Notes: a model not told the origin generated them from the sequence alone. Positions 9,153-18,510 are shown, numbered from the stretch's first letter. The stretch: DNA of 64,000 nt from Bacteroidaceae bacterium (GCA_016286165.1 JAEESE010000006.1:78633-142632), one strand, 5' to 3'. Numbers and translations: made by a program.

Positions 9153-10601
9153 TTATTTATTTGCCTCTCTCTGGGCGGCTTCGGTTTCGGTTATTGGCAG
9201 CGGGAAGGTGTATACTTTCTCGGCCACGGCGTCGACGTCGGAGTAGAGGATGTTGGGGCGGTTCAAGCGTTTGTAGAGGAAGAATAGCTGGCCCTCGCCG
9301 AGGAATTCGCGGCGGTATTCGCGTATGAGTTCAAGCTCGAAATCGGAGGGCAGTTCGCTCATGGCAGGCAGGTTGCGGGCTATGCGCAGCTGGTTGAGGG
9401 CAGCCCGTGCGCCGTCGGTATTGCCTTGGCGCTGCAGTACTTCAGCTCGTATGAGGTACATCTCTGAGATACGCATCAGCGGCATCTTATATCTGTAATA
9501 TGTGTTGTTGCCAGCGGGGTCATCGTATTTGGCCGTGTAGCGGTTGTTGGCATGAGTGGCTGTGCCGGATTTGAACAGGAAGGTGTAGCGATAGTCCTGT
9601 GTGGCGTTGTCGAAATAGTCGAGCAGTCGGTCGCGTGTGACGGCGAAACTGTACTGTGAGCCATCGTCGAAATAGCGGTCGGCGATATCAGCCTTGAGCG
9701 TCAGGTTGTTAAGGGCGAACAGGTGTTCGGTGGCGAAGCAGCGGTCGTAGCCGGCCTGCAGGTTGGACACTGTGGCCCATGGGAATTTCTCGGAATCGAT
9801 TACCTCGTTGGCGGCGTCGAGGGCTTGCTGGTAATCGCCTTGCCACATGTAGACGCGGGCTTCGAGGGCCTTGACGGCGTAGTAGTTGAGGTGTAGCTGG
9901 CGGTTGAGCAGGTAGCCGTTGTCGACGCTCTCGGTGATCTCGCGCCCTGTGACGATGGGGTCGGCACCTTTGAGCAAAGCCTCGGCAGTCTTCAGGTCGG
10001 CGAGCACGGCGGCAGCAGCTTCGCGCACTGTGAGCTGTGGGAAAACACGGTAGCTCAATGCGGTGGAGTAGGGGATTGATGGCTGCTCGGGATTTACGGC
10101 GAAGCTGACGCCGAAGCAGCGCAGAAGGTCGAAGTGGAGGAATGCGCGCAGGGCTATGGCTTCGCCTTTGATGACGTCGTGGTTGTCGGCCGAGAAGAGG
10201 CCGGGCTGGTCGTCGATGTGCTGAAGCAGGTTGTTGGCATTGGCGATTCCGCTATAGCTGTTTGCCCAGATAGCTCGGATGTAGTTTGTCGGGAATGAGG
10301 CGTCGTAGTTGAAGGCTGCAGCGTCGTCGTACTGGCTGGCGTAGTAGAAATCCCATTCGTGGCCGAGCACTCCGAGGAAACCGTAGGTGGCTTCTTTGGC
10401 ATAGGTGGAAGTGCTGACCATGGAGGAATAGACGCCGGCGAGGGCTTCCTTGAAGCCGCTCTCGCTCTTGAACAGCTCTGTGTCCTCGACTTGTGAGCGT
10501 GGCTGAACGTCGAGCCAGTCGTTGCATGAGGCGAGCATCGCTGCCATGATGGCGATGAATGAATAGCGGATGTATAAAGAATGATAGATTCTCATAGACA
10601 T
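9153..10601 (-). CDS. RagB/SusD family nutrient-binding outer membrane lipoprotein
   Basis: 482 aa with lipobox AMLASC followed by NDWLDVQPRSQVEDTELF. It has TPR-like helical content and lies directly downstream of SusC. Confidence 0.88.
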   Translation of the reverse strand: MSMRIYHSLYIRYSFIAIMAAMLASCNDWLDVQPRSQVEDTELFKSESGFKEALAGVYSSMVSTSTYAKEATYGFLGVLGHEWDFYYASQYDDAAAFNYDASFPTNYIRAIWANSYSGIANANNLLQHIDDQPGLFSADNHDVIKGEAIALRAFLHFDLLRCFGVSFAVNPEQPSIPYSTALSYRVFPQLTVREAAAAVLADLKTAEALLKGADPIVTGREITESVDNGYLLNRQLHLNYYAVKALEARVYMWQGDYQQALDAANEVIDSEKFPWATVSNLQAGYDRCFATEHLFALNNLTLKADIADRYFDDGSQYSFAVTRDRLLDYFDNATQDYRYTFLFKSGTATHANNRYTAKYDDPAGNNTYYRYKMPLMRISEMYLIRAEVLQRQGNTDGARAALNQLRIARNLPAMSELPSDFELELIREYRREFLGEGQLFFLYKRLNRPNILYSDVDAVAEKVYTFPLPITETEAAQREANK

Positions 10602-10722
10602 TTATATGTGTGTTGTTGTCGGTTCTTGGTTGGCTTTGGGGCCCTTCCTGACGGAAGGGGCACGGTGGCTTTTTTCTTTCTGAGCTCCCCTTCCTGACGG
10701 AAGGGGCACGGTGGCTTCTTTC
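10523..10722. repeat. Copy 2 of the roughly 200-bp direct repeat (first 26 codons and leader of SusD)
   Basis: See 8921-9125. The encoded N-termini are MSMRIYHSLYIRYSFIAIMAAMLASC (SusD) and MSMRINHSLYIRYSFIAIMAAMLASC (DUF4843-like). Confidence 0.9.
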
Positions 10723-10723
10723 T

Positions 10724-13700
10724 TTAGAATGTGGCGGTTAGACCCAGTGAGAAGGTGCGGGCGTATGGATAGCTGAGACCACGCTCGGCCTTGATGGTTG
10801 CCAGATGGAAGACATCGTTCATATAGGCTGTCACGCGCAGACGCTCGAGCTTGGCTCGCTGGAGCCGTGAGCAGTGCTTGAAGTCGTAGTAGGCTGACAC
10901 GGTGGTGAAGTCGAGCATGTTGTTGCGCTGAACAAAACGTGTTGAGGCATAGGTGGTTGTGGGCGTTGAGGAGATATGCTTGTAGAGGGCTATGTCTCCG
11001 GGTTGACTCCAAGTGTCGCTGAACACGCGGCGGTCAACGTTATTGGCAATATTGACGTTTTCCACGCGGTCCACGAGCGTTTGGTTGTAATAGTCGCCGC
11101 CCATCTGGTAGCTCATGAGCAGGCTCAGTCCGAAGCCTTTCACTTCGCCGTTGAAGCCGAGTGTGCCGTGTACCTTGGGGTTCGAGTCGCCGGCGATGAT
11201 GTAGTCGTCGGTGGTGTATGTGTAGGTGGTTGTGCCGTCCTTCTTGAGGAACATCTCACGGCCTGTGGCGGGGTCGATGCCGAGTGATTTCACAGCCCAG
11301 ATAACGCTCATCGACTGGCCTTCCTCGTAACGGATGATAGGTGAAGTGGTGTTCTCGGCATCCTGTTCGCGGTTGAAGGTCGAGAGTGCGTCGCTAATCT
11401 TAGTCACCTTGTTCACGTTGTGTGCAATACTTCCCGTCAAAGTGAGGTATGACTGGCCACTCTGGTAGAAACGCCAGTTGGCGGTTGCTTCAACGCCTCG
11501 GTTCTGCACATTGCCGAGGTTCTCCATGTACGATGTGAAACCCGTTGACGTCGGGATAGACATGGCAATGAGGGCGTCGCGTGTGCGGCTGTCGTAGTAG
11601 TCGAAGCGCATATTCAGGCGCTTCCACAGCCCGAGGTCGAGGCCGACGGTGAAGTCGCCCGTCTGCTGCCATTTCAGATTGGGATTAGGCATACCCATTA
11701 GGTATGAACCTGAGATATTGTCGTAGATGATGTTGTCGTAGAACTTATATGTCGCCTTGGCCTGATAAGGTGAGAAATTCTGGTTACCCGTGAGACCGTA
11801 GGTGACGCGGAACTTGCAGAGCGACAGCCAAGTAGCATCCTCCATGAAGTGCTCCTTGTGCAGATTCCAACCTACGCCGGCGCTCCAGAATGTACCCCAA
11901 CGGTTGTCGCTGCCGAATACCGATGAGCCGTTGAAACGCAAGCTGGCGTCGAAGAGGTAACGCTCGTCGTAGCTATAGTTGGCGGCTGCCGTGAGGCCGA
12001 GCGAGCGTGTGCGGCCTTCCGAGCCCGAGGGCTTGCCGCCTTCGGCGTATTGCTTGGCGAAGGTGATGTAGTCGACGTGGTTGTTGAGGAAGCCCCAGGC
12101 CGTCATGCCTTCGGATTCGTTGCTGCTCGACTGCAGTGAATAGGCGGCGTTGGCCAGCAGTAGGTGCTTGTCCCACGTGTGAGAGTAGTTGCCCGTGATA
12201 TCCATGTTCAGGCTGTTTGTCTCGCCGTTGTTGATGAAATAGCTGCCGCGCTGGAAATAGCGGTCGCCCGTCCAGTCGTTGAAACGGGTATGGTCACCGG
12301 GGTAGAAGTCCTCGCGCTTGTTGTTCTGGTGGTTGTAGCCCAAGCGTGCCGTGAAGCGGAGGTCCTCGATGGGGCGGTATTCGAGGTAGAAGTTCTCGAC
12401 CACTTCGGTGTACTTAGAGAAATTCTTGGTACCCAAGGTGGCGTTGAACAACGGGTTGTAGTAGGTGGTTGTGCTGCCGTTGGCGCCGGGCGAGGTGTAG
12501 GTGCCGAGCACTTTCTGAACGTTGCCGAAGGCGTCGGTCGACGTGAAATAAGGATTCACTACTACGTAGTCGCTGAAGCTGCCATAGGGGCTGTCGTCGG
12601 CCGTGTTGCCCGTGACTGACAATGAGTTGCGGAACATCCACTGCTTGTAGCGGTAGCTGAGGTTGATGTTGCCCTGGAGTGTGCGGCGCCCGGATTCCTT
12701 CATTACGCCGGCCACTTTGTTGTACATGAGGTTGGCGGCGTAGCGCATCTCTTCGGTGCCGCCTTCGACGTAGGCCGTGTGCTTGTTGCCGACGCCGGAG
12801 CGCAGTGGCTGCGACAGCCAGTAGGTGTCTACGCCGCGGGCTATGTTGGCTGCGATGGCGTTGTACTGCTCATCGAGCAAAGCCTGGTAGTAGGGCGAGG
12901 CTGATGTGTAGCGGCCTGCGTTCTTCTCCACCTGCAGTTTCTCCTGAGCGTTGCAGAGGTCGTAGGTCGACAGGTCGGGCAGCTCCACGTTGACGTCGCC
13001 GGTGTAGGTGATGCGCAGTCGTCCGGCTTCGGGAAGGATGGTTTCTACCACTATCACACCGTTGCTGGCCTTGGAACCGTAGATGGCCTTGGCGGCGCCG
13101 TCCTTAAGGATGGTTACGCTTTTGATGCGGTTTATGTCGAGGTCGAAGATCTGCTGCTGCGACGCCTCGAAGCCGTCGAGGATGAACAGCGGGGCGTTAG
13201 GGTTGCCGCTGTACTCGCCTTGCAGTCCGCTGAACGAGGCCTTACCACGGATGGTGATATCGGCCATGTAGTTGGGGTTAGAACCGTTGATGCTGTTCAT
13301 GTCGACGATGAACGAGGGGTCTATGGACTGAATGATTTTCAGCGTGTTGCTGTTGCCTACGAGCTTCAGTTCCTCTTGCGAATACGACACGGCGGAGCCT
13401 GTGAAGGTCGATGATTTGTAGTCGAACAGACCTGTTACCACCACCTCTTTCATTTCGCCGCTTTCCTGCAGGACTATCACCTCTTTGGTGTAGTTGCGCT
13501 TGCCGTCGTAACGCTTGGTGGTAGGTTTCATGCCAGCGTACGAGAATTCTAATGTCACGGCCTGACCGCGGGGCACGCCAATGACGAAGTTGCCCTCGGC
13601 GTCGGCCACAGCACCTGCTTTGGTCTCACGCACTTTAATGCTGGCCATGGGCAATGTCTCGCCCTGGCTGTCCTTGATGGTACCTTGGACCAATAGGTCG

Positions 13701-13897
13701 CCTGCAGGCAGTTGTCCTTGAGGCCTTTGTGGCGTCACGGAGGTCATGGGCACTGATGTGCTCTTTGTGGTCTGTGAGCTTTTAGCGTCAGTCTTCTTCT
13801 CGTTGCCTTTAGTGTTTTGTGCTGACAATGAGAAGCTTAGCACTAGCAGTCCTGCCAGCGCTACGACCTTTTTTATGTTCAACAGTTCTTTTATCAT
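10724..13897 (-). CDS. SusC/RagA family TonB-linked outer membrane protein
   Basis: 1057 aa with a signal peptide and a carboxypeptidase-regulatory-like domain (GTIKDSQGETLPMASIKV). The plug region reads TILKDGAAKAIYGSKASNGVIVVET. A long beta-barrel ends in ...GLTATF. Confidence 0.93.
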   Translation of the reverse strand: MIKELLNIKKVVALAGLLVLSFSLSAQNTKGNEKKTDAKSSQTTKSTSVPMTSVTPQRPQGQLPAGDLLVQGTIKDSQGETLPMASIKVRETKAGAVADAEGNFVIGVPRGQAVTLEFSYAGMKPTTKRYDGKRNYTKEVIVLQESGEMKEVVVTGLFDYKSSTFTGSAVSYSQEELKLVGNSNTLKIIQSIDPSFIVDMNSINGSNPNYMADITIRGKASFSGLQGEYSGNPNAPLFILDGFEASQQQIFDLDINRIKSVTILKDGAAKAIYGSKASNGVIVVETILPEAGRLRITYTGDVNVELPDLSTYDLCNAQEKLQVEKNAGRYTSASPYYQALLDEQYNAIAANIARGVDTYWLSQPLRSGVGNKHTAYVEGGTEEMRYAANLMYNKVAGVMKESGRRTLQGNINLSYRYKQWMFRNSLSVTGNTADDSPYGSFSDYVVVNPYFTSTDAFGNVQKVLGTYTSPGANGSTTTYYNPLFNATLGTKNFSKYTEVVENFYLEYRPIEDLRFTARLGYNHQNNKREDFYPGDHTRFNDWTGDRYFQRGSYFINNGETNSLNMDITGNYSHTWDKHLLLANAAYSLQSSSNESEGMTAWGFLNNHVDYITFAKQYAEGGKPSGSEGRTRSLGLTAAANYSYDERYLFDASLRFNGSSVFGSDNRWGTFWSAGVGWNLHKEHFMEDATWLSLCKFRVTYGLTGNQNFSPYQAKATYKFYDNIIYDNISGSYLMGMPNPNLKWQQTGDFTVGLDLGLWKRLNMRFDYYDSRTRDALIAMSIPTSTGFTSYMENLGNVQNRGVEATANWRFYQSGQSYLTLTGSIAHNVNKVTKISDALSTFNREQDAENTTSPIIRYEEGQSMSVIWAVKSLGIDPATGREMFLKKDGTTTYTYTTDDYIIAGDSNPKVHGTLGFNGEVKGFGLSLLMSYQMGGDYYNQTLVDRVENVNIANNVDRRVFSDTWSQPGDIALYKHISSTPTTTYASTRFVQRNNMLDFTTVSAYYDFKHCSRLQRAKLERLRVTAYMNDVFHLATIKAERGLSYPYARTFSLGLTATF

Positions 13898-13929
13898 TTA
13901 GTTGCCTGTTTTGTTCTTGTTTTCGAGTG

Positions 13930-13937
13930 CAAAGTTA
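13930..13937 (-). promoter_or_regulatory. -7 box TAACTTTG (minus strand) for SusC
   Basis: Plus strand reads caaagtta, 33 nt upstream of the SusC start. A second identical word lies at 14086-14093. Confidence 0.5.
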
Positions 13938-14246
13938 AGCTTTTTTTTCTAAATATCAGCGTTTTCGCTAATGTTTTGCAAAAAAAATGTTTGTTTATTC
14001 TTTAATGTGTTGTTTTACTGATAGTTGCGATGATTTTTTTTGTCAGAGTTGCCCGAATGGCTCTTTCTCTTTGTTGTTTGCGCTGCAAAGTTACTACTTT
14101 TCTTTGAACTGTGCAATACCCAAAACGCGGTTTCTGACCGTTTTGAAGCAAATGGCTCGTTGAGAACGAGAGATTCTCTGTTAATCTCCGTCAATCAGAA
14201 CGTCAATCAACTTTCCGACCCATCTTCCTCACACGCTAGAAAGTTT

Positions 14247-14510
14247 GAATCGAAAGAAAAAAAGGAAAAAGAAAAGTAGGCAAAAGAAAAAGAAAAATAA
14301 AGAAAGTTCAGCAGCAGCTGCTGCTAACACGCGCGAAGGAAACATCGACTTTGACGATGAAGAATTGAATGACGACCTCAACTCTGAAAGCTGTCCATCT
14401 TCCTCACACGCGTTAACAGACGACGACGATGTTACTTCTTCTTGGGCTTTTTATTCTTTTTCTTTTTGCTTCTTTTTCTTTTCCTTCTTTTTCCCTTCTT
14501 CTTTAAATAG
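14247..14510. repeat. Structured repeat copy A: purine-rich arm, about 125-nt conserved core, complementary pyrimidine-rich arm
   Basis: The 5' arm gaaagaaaaaaaggaaaaagaaaagtaggcaaaagaaaaagaaaaataaagaaag is an imperfect inverse complement of the 3' arm ctttttattctttttctttttgcttctttttcttttccttcttttt. The core (14311-14435) is shared with copy B. Confidence 0.85.
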
Positions 14511-14691
14511 TCGTTTTCTGAGTATTCAGTTTTCGTAAAGCAATAGCATTCATTTTAACCCAATTTTCTTGGCAATGATATAGGGCTTGCAGGTCATCTG
14601 AAACGACATCATTCCCGGCGGCATCTTCGACCACGACGGATGGCATCTCATAGGCCCGGAAACATTGTCGATTGTGGTAGCCAAATATTGA

Positions 14692-14922
14692 GCAGAAAAA
14701 AAGTTAGATTCAAAGAGAAAAAAGAAAAGTATACAAAAGAAAAATAGAGAAAATGCGGCGGCGGCAGCCGCTAACACGCGCGAGGAATACATCGACTTCG
14801 ACGATGAATAATTGGATGACGACCTCAAATGCGAAAGCTGTCCATAACCACGCAGTGCGCGTTAACAGACGACGTAGTTTGTGTGTTTCTTCTCCTTGCT
14901 TCTTTTTCTTTTCCTCTCATTC
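14692..14922. repeat. Structured repeat copy B (same architecture, direct orientation)
   Basis: The core is gcggcggcggcagccgctaacacgcgcgaggaatacatcgacttcgacgatgaa...gaaagctgtccat...gcgcgttaacagacgacg, flanked by a purine arm (14693-14754) and a pyrimidine arm (14886-14922). Confidence 0.85.
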
Positions 14923-15108
14923 TAAAATACCCGTTTCTTAAGCCTTGCTTTGCAGCTCAATTAGCCCGCATTTACAGCCCTTTTATCCTCGCATGATTTT
15001 GGTGTAGATATATATTGGAAAACGCTTAATTGATAGTGATTTAAGCTTTAAGGTTGGAAAAAAGTGAGTATTTCGTCGAAAAACCATTGTTGTATGGGAA
15101 TTTTTTTG

Positions 15109-15116
15109 TATATTTG
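15109..15116 (+). promoter_or_regulatory. -7 box TATATTTG upstream of the GH97 fusion gene
   Basis: Exact TAnnTTTG match 33 nt upstream of the ATG at 15149. Confidence 0.55.
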
Positions 15117-15148
15117 CAGTCGAAAATCAATTAAAACACAATATCAGA

Positions 15149-18100
15149 ATGAAACGAATAATCCTCTTTATCGTTGCCCTGACAACGGCCTTTGCAGCCA
15201 GTGCCATAGACATCACCGGCAAGCAAATCTATATCCCGCAGGAACTGCGCTCCAACGACTTCGAAAGCGACAGCTCCCAGTGGAGCTATTCCCGTATGCG
15301 CCTCACTCCGAACTTCGCCATCTTCTGGCAGCGCGGCTTCGGGGCAGACCTCAGCAATCCGCCACGCCTCGAAGGCCGCCCCATGAGTGTCGACCTCGAC
15401 AACCTGGCTTCACGCCTCGAGGAGTTCTACGCCTTCTACCGTGATTCGCTTAAGTTCATCAAGGCTGGCTCGCTGGCCGAGAAATACCGCATGATGGTAA
15501 TGCTCAACTACTCGCTCGAGGGCACGGCCTACGGTGGCGACTACGACGAGGTGATAGGCGCCTTCTGGGTAGCTCCTAACCGTCTGCAGGACCGCCGCCT
15601 GAACTGCGTCGCCCATGAACTAGGCCACAGCTTTCAGATGCAATCGCACTGCGACCGCCGGGCCCGCGCCGGACAATCGGCTGAGCAAGGCCAGACATCC
15701 GGTCAAAACACGCAATTCATTGATACACAAGATGCACAACGTCCTGACGTACAACGCTGGTTTGGCGGCGGTTTCTTTGAGATGACTTCGCAGTGGATGC
15801 TCTGGCACGTCAACCCCGACTGGGTTAAGGACGAGCTGTACCACTGGCGCGACTATCAGAAGCAGCCTCACCTGGCGCTGTTCAGCGGAGCCAATATCTA
15901 CCACACGCCCTACGCCTTGGAGTGGTGGAGCCAGCAGCACGGCTTGGAAATCATAGGCCAGATTTATCACACCGCCAGCAACCCCGAAGACCCTGCCGAT
16001 GCTTATATGCGCTTGACAGGGCTCAACGTGGAACAGTTCAACGACGAGCTCTTCGAGGCTCATCGCCACACCGTGTTCCTCGACTTCCGTCATGCCTTCA
16101 AGAATACCCGTCCCTACGCAGGCCACTGGCCTCAGGTCGACGAGGCCGGAGCTCCTGAGGCAGGCGGCTTCGACGTCAGACGGATGCCCGTTCCGGCACG
16201 TGGCGAGCGCATTGACGTGGACTTCCGCGGCCGCTCGTCAAAGCCTACCGACGGCTGGCGCTATGGCTTCGTGGCGCAGATGTCCGACGGCACCTGCATT
16301 TATTCCCCGGCCATGAAGGCGCAACAGGGCAAGGCCACCTTCACCGCTCCGCGCAACGCTGACGTACGGGAACTTTATTTCGTAGTAATGGGAGCGCCAA
16401 CGGAGCGCCGCAGCCGCGAAGTGTCCGGCAACTTCCCCTACGAGATGGTGGTTGCCACGGCCGGCGGCCTCTGCTCGCCCAACGGCCGCTTGGCGGTCAG
16501 TCCGCAGATTGAAGGCGATGCCCTTAGTTTCAGCGTCACTCTTGACGGCAACACACTCGTGGAGAGAGTGGGGGATTGCCTCGTTGCCGATGCCAAGGCC
16601 GGTGTCTCGAAGCTCAAGCTGGTGAAGCGTGAAACGAAGCGCGAGCACATAGAAGCCTTCGCCTACCGACAGAAAGCCTTCGACGTGCTCTACACCTCAG
16701 CCCTCTACCACCTCAACAGCCTCTTCGACGTGGAATTCCGCATCTTCGACGACGGCGTGGCATACCGCTTCATACAAACTGCCAAGCGACCTCTCACGAT
16801 TCGCGACGAAGCCTTCGACCTGAAGCCTGCAGGCGATCCGCTCACCTATCTCGCCTTCTCAACCAACGCCAAGAAGCCCGAGGCCATGGCCTTCCAGAAC
16901 ATCTATACTGTGGACTCTCTTTCGCGGTTGCCGCAGGAATGGGCCTTCATGCCTGTGACCTTCGAACTCGGGCAGGCAAAGCTCACCATAACCGAAGCCG
17001 ACCTCGAGGCCTACCCCGGCATGTTCCTCAAGCCCGACGGCAAGAGCCTTCGCAGCGCCTTCGGCCGTTATCCCAGTCGTATGGACTACTACAACCATCG
17101 TGGCATGAGTTATGTGGCTGAGACCGAGGATTTTATAGCCAAGACCAACGGCCGTCGCAACTTCCCATGGCGCGTCTTTGCCGTAGCCACCGACGACCGT
17201 CAGATGCCGGTGTCTAACCTCGTCTACGCCCTGGCGTCGCCAAACCGCATCGGCGACACGTCATGGATCACACCGGGCAAGAGCGCTTGGGACTGGTGGA
17301 ACGACTGGGAACTGCGTGGTGTGCCATTCAAGGCTGGCCTCAATCAGGACACATATAAGTACTACATCGACTTTGCCGAGCGATTCGGTCTGCAATACGT
17401 AATCCTCGACGAGGGTTGGTATGACCCCAAGAAGGCAGATATCATGAACGCCGTGCCCGAAATCGACGTCAAGGAACTCGTGGACTATGCCCGCTCTAAA
17501 GGCGTGAAAATCATCTTGTGGACGGTCTTCAACGTACTCGACGAGCACCTCGAGGAGGCGTGCCGCAAATATGCCGATATGGGCGTGGCAGGCTTCAAGG
17601 TAGACTTCCTCGACCGCGACGACCAGACAGCCGTAGAGATGGCCTACCGCATTGCCGAAACAGCCGCCCGCCACCGCCTCGTGGTCGATTACCACGGCTT
17701 CTACAAGCCCACCGGCCTGAACCGCACTTATCCTAACGTCATCAACTTCGAGAGCGTGTTCGGCATGGAGGAAGTGAAATGGAACAGCGACAAGAAAGAT
17801 ATGCCGCAGTACGACGTCACCTTCCCCTTCATCCGCGGCATGGCAGGCCCCGTAGACTTCACGCCAGGAGCTATGCGCAACGCTCAGCTGAAGGATTTCA
17901 AGGACATCTACTCGCATCCTATGTCAATGGGCACGCGCTGCCATCAACTGGCCACTTACGTCATTCATGACGCACCGCTGTCGATGCTCGCCGATGCCGC
18001 CACCAGCTACGAGGCTGAGCCCGACTACACCCGTTTCCTGGCCGCTATTCCGAGCACCGTAGATGAGACACGCGTGCTGCTCGGCAGCCTGGGCGAGTAC

Positions 18101-18364
18101 ATCGTAGTAGCCCGCCGCGCAGGCTCGTCGTGGTGGATCGCTGGGCAGACCAACTGGCAGGCACGTAAGCTGCAGCTGCCCAACCTCGTCCAAGCCCTCG
18201 GCCTCGAGCCTCGCGCCAACAACAAGGTCACGCTCTATTCCGACGGCCCCAACGCCGCCAAGGTGGCCGAGGATTATTCCGTAAGCAACTTCCGTTTGGA
18301 ACCTGGCCGTCCGCTCACCATCGACCTCGCCCCGGGTGGTGGCTTCGTGATGAGGATAAACTAA
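15149..18364 (+). CDS. Fusion protein: N-terminal HExxH metalloprotease-like domain (about 430 aa) + glycoside hydrolase family 97
   Basis: Signal peptide present. The motif NCVAHELGHSFQMQ lies in the N-terminal part. The C-terminal roughly 630 aa carry GH97-type motifs (YVILDEGWY, GVAGFKVDFLDRDDQ, VVDYHGFYKPTGLNRTYPN). Confidence 0.8.
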   Translation: MKRIILFIVALTTAFAASAIDITGKQIYIPQELRSNDFESDSSQWSYSRMRLTPNFAIFWQRGFGADLSNPPRLEGRPMSVDLDNLASRLEEFYAFYRDSLKFIKAGSLAEKYRMMVMLNYSLEGTAYGGDYDEVIGAFWVAPNRLQDRRLNCVAHELGHSFQMQSHCDRRARAGQSAEQGQTSGQNTQFIDTQDAQRPDVQRWFGGGFFEMTSQWMLWHVNPDWVKDELYHWRDYQKQPHLALFSGANIYHTPYALEWWSQQHGLEIIGQIYHTASNPEDPADAYMRLTGLNVEQFNDELFEAHRHTVFLDFRHAFKNTRPYAGHWPQVDEAGAPEAGGFDVRRMPVPARGERIDVDFRGRSSKPTDGWRYGFVAQMSDGTCIYSPAMKAQQGKATFTAPRNADVRELYFVVMGAPTERRSREVSGNFPYEMVVATAGGLCSPNGRLAVSPQIEGDALSFSVTLDGNTLVERVGDCLVADAKAGVSKLKLVKRETKREHIEAFAYRQKAFDVLYTSALYHLNSLFDVEFRIFDDGVAYRFIQTAKRPLTIRDEAFDLKPAGDPLTYLAFSTNAKKPEAMAFQNIYTVDSLSRLPQEWAFMPVTFELGQAKLTITEADLEAYPGMFLKPDGKSLRSAFGRYPSRMDYYNHRGMSYVAETEDFIAKTNGRRNFPWRVFAVATDDRQMPVSNLVYALASPNRIGDTSWITPGKSAWDWWNDWELRGVPFKAGLNQDTYKYYIDFAERFGLQYVILDEGWYDPKKADIMNAVPEIDVKELVDYARSKGVKIILWTVFNVLDEHLEEACRKYADMGVAGFKVDFLDRDDQTAVEMAYRIAETAARHRLVVDYHGFYKPTGLNRTYPNVINFESVFGMEEVKWNSDKKDMPQYDVTFPFIRGMAGPVDFTPGAMRNAQLKDFKDIYSHPMSMGTRCHQLATYVIHDAPLSMLADAATSYEAEPDYTRFLAAIPSTVDETRVLLGSLGEYIVVARRAGSSWWIAGQTNWQARKLQLPNLVQALGLEPRANNKVTLYSDGPNAAKVAEDYSVSNFRLEPGRPLTIDLAPGGGFVMRIN

Positions 18365-18378
18365 CGCCGAATTCATTA

Positions 18379-18510
18379 CACGAGCGGTCATAAGTGGCCA
18401 CACGAGCGGTCATAAGTGGACATACGAGCGGTCATAAGTGGCTCCACGAACGGTCATAAGTGGACATACGAACGGTCATAAATGGGCTTACATATGGTCA
18501 TGAATACATC
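18379..18510 (+). repeat. Tandem array of five to six 22-bp units (core CGARCGGTCATAAGTGG)
   Basis: The unit starts at 18381, 18403, 18425, 18447 and 18469, with a degenerate unit at about 18491. The units are contiguous with no spacers. Confidence 0.9.

Noticed and set aside
10602-11012. A 136-aa minus-strand ORF spanning the SusC 3' end and the SusC-SusD spacer.
   Set aside because: It overlaps SusC out of frame, and its end is the translation of the palindromic repeat units (…PLPSGRG…). It is not a gene.
14245-14828. ORFs 14245-14538 (+, K-rich then F-rich) and 14550-14828 (-).
   Set aside because: Their odd composition is just the translation of the homopurine and homopyrimidine arms of the structured repeat. 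The second repeat copy has stops in the corresponding frame. Only 14560-14690 looks like a possible gene remnant, and I cannot identify it.
18379-18510. Whether the 22-bp arrays (also 51205-51448) are CRISPR arrays.
   Set aside because: The units are contiguous with no unique spacers, are too short, and have no cas genes nearby.
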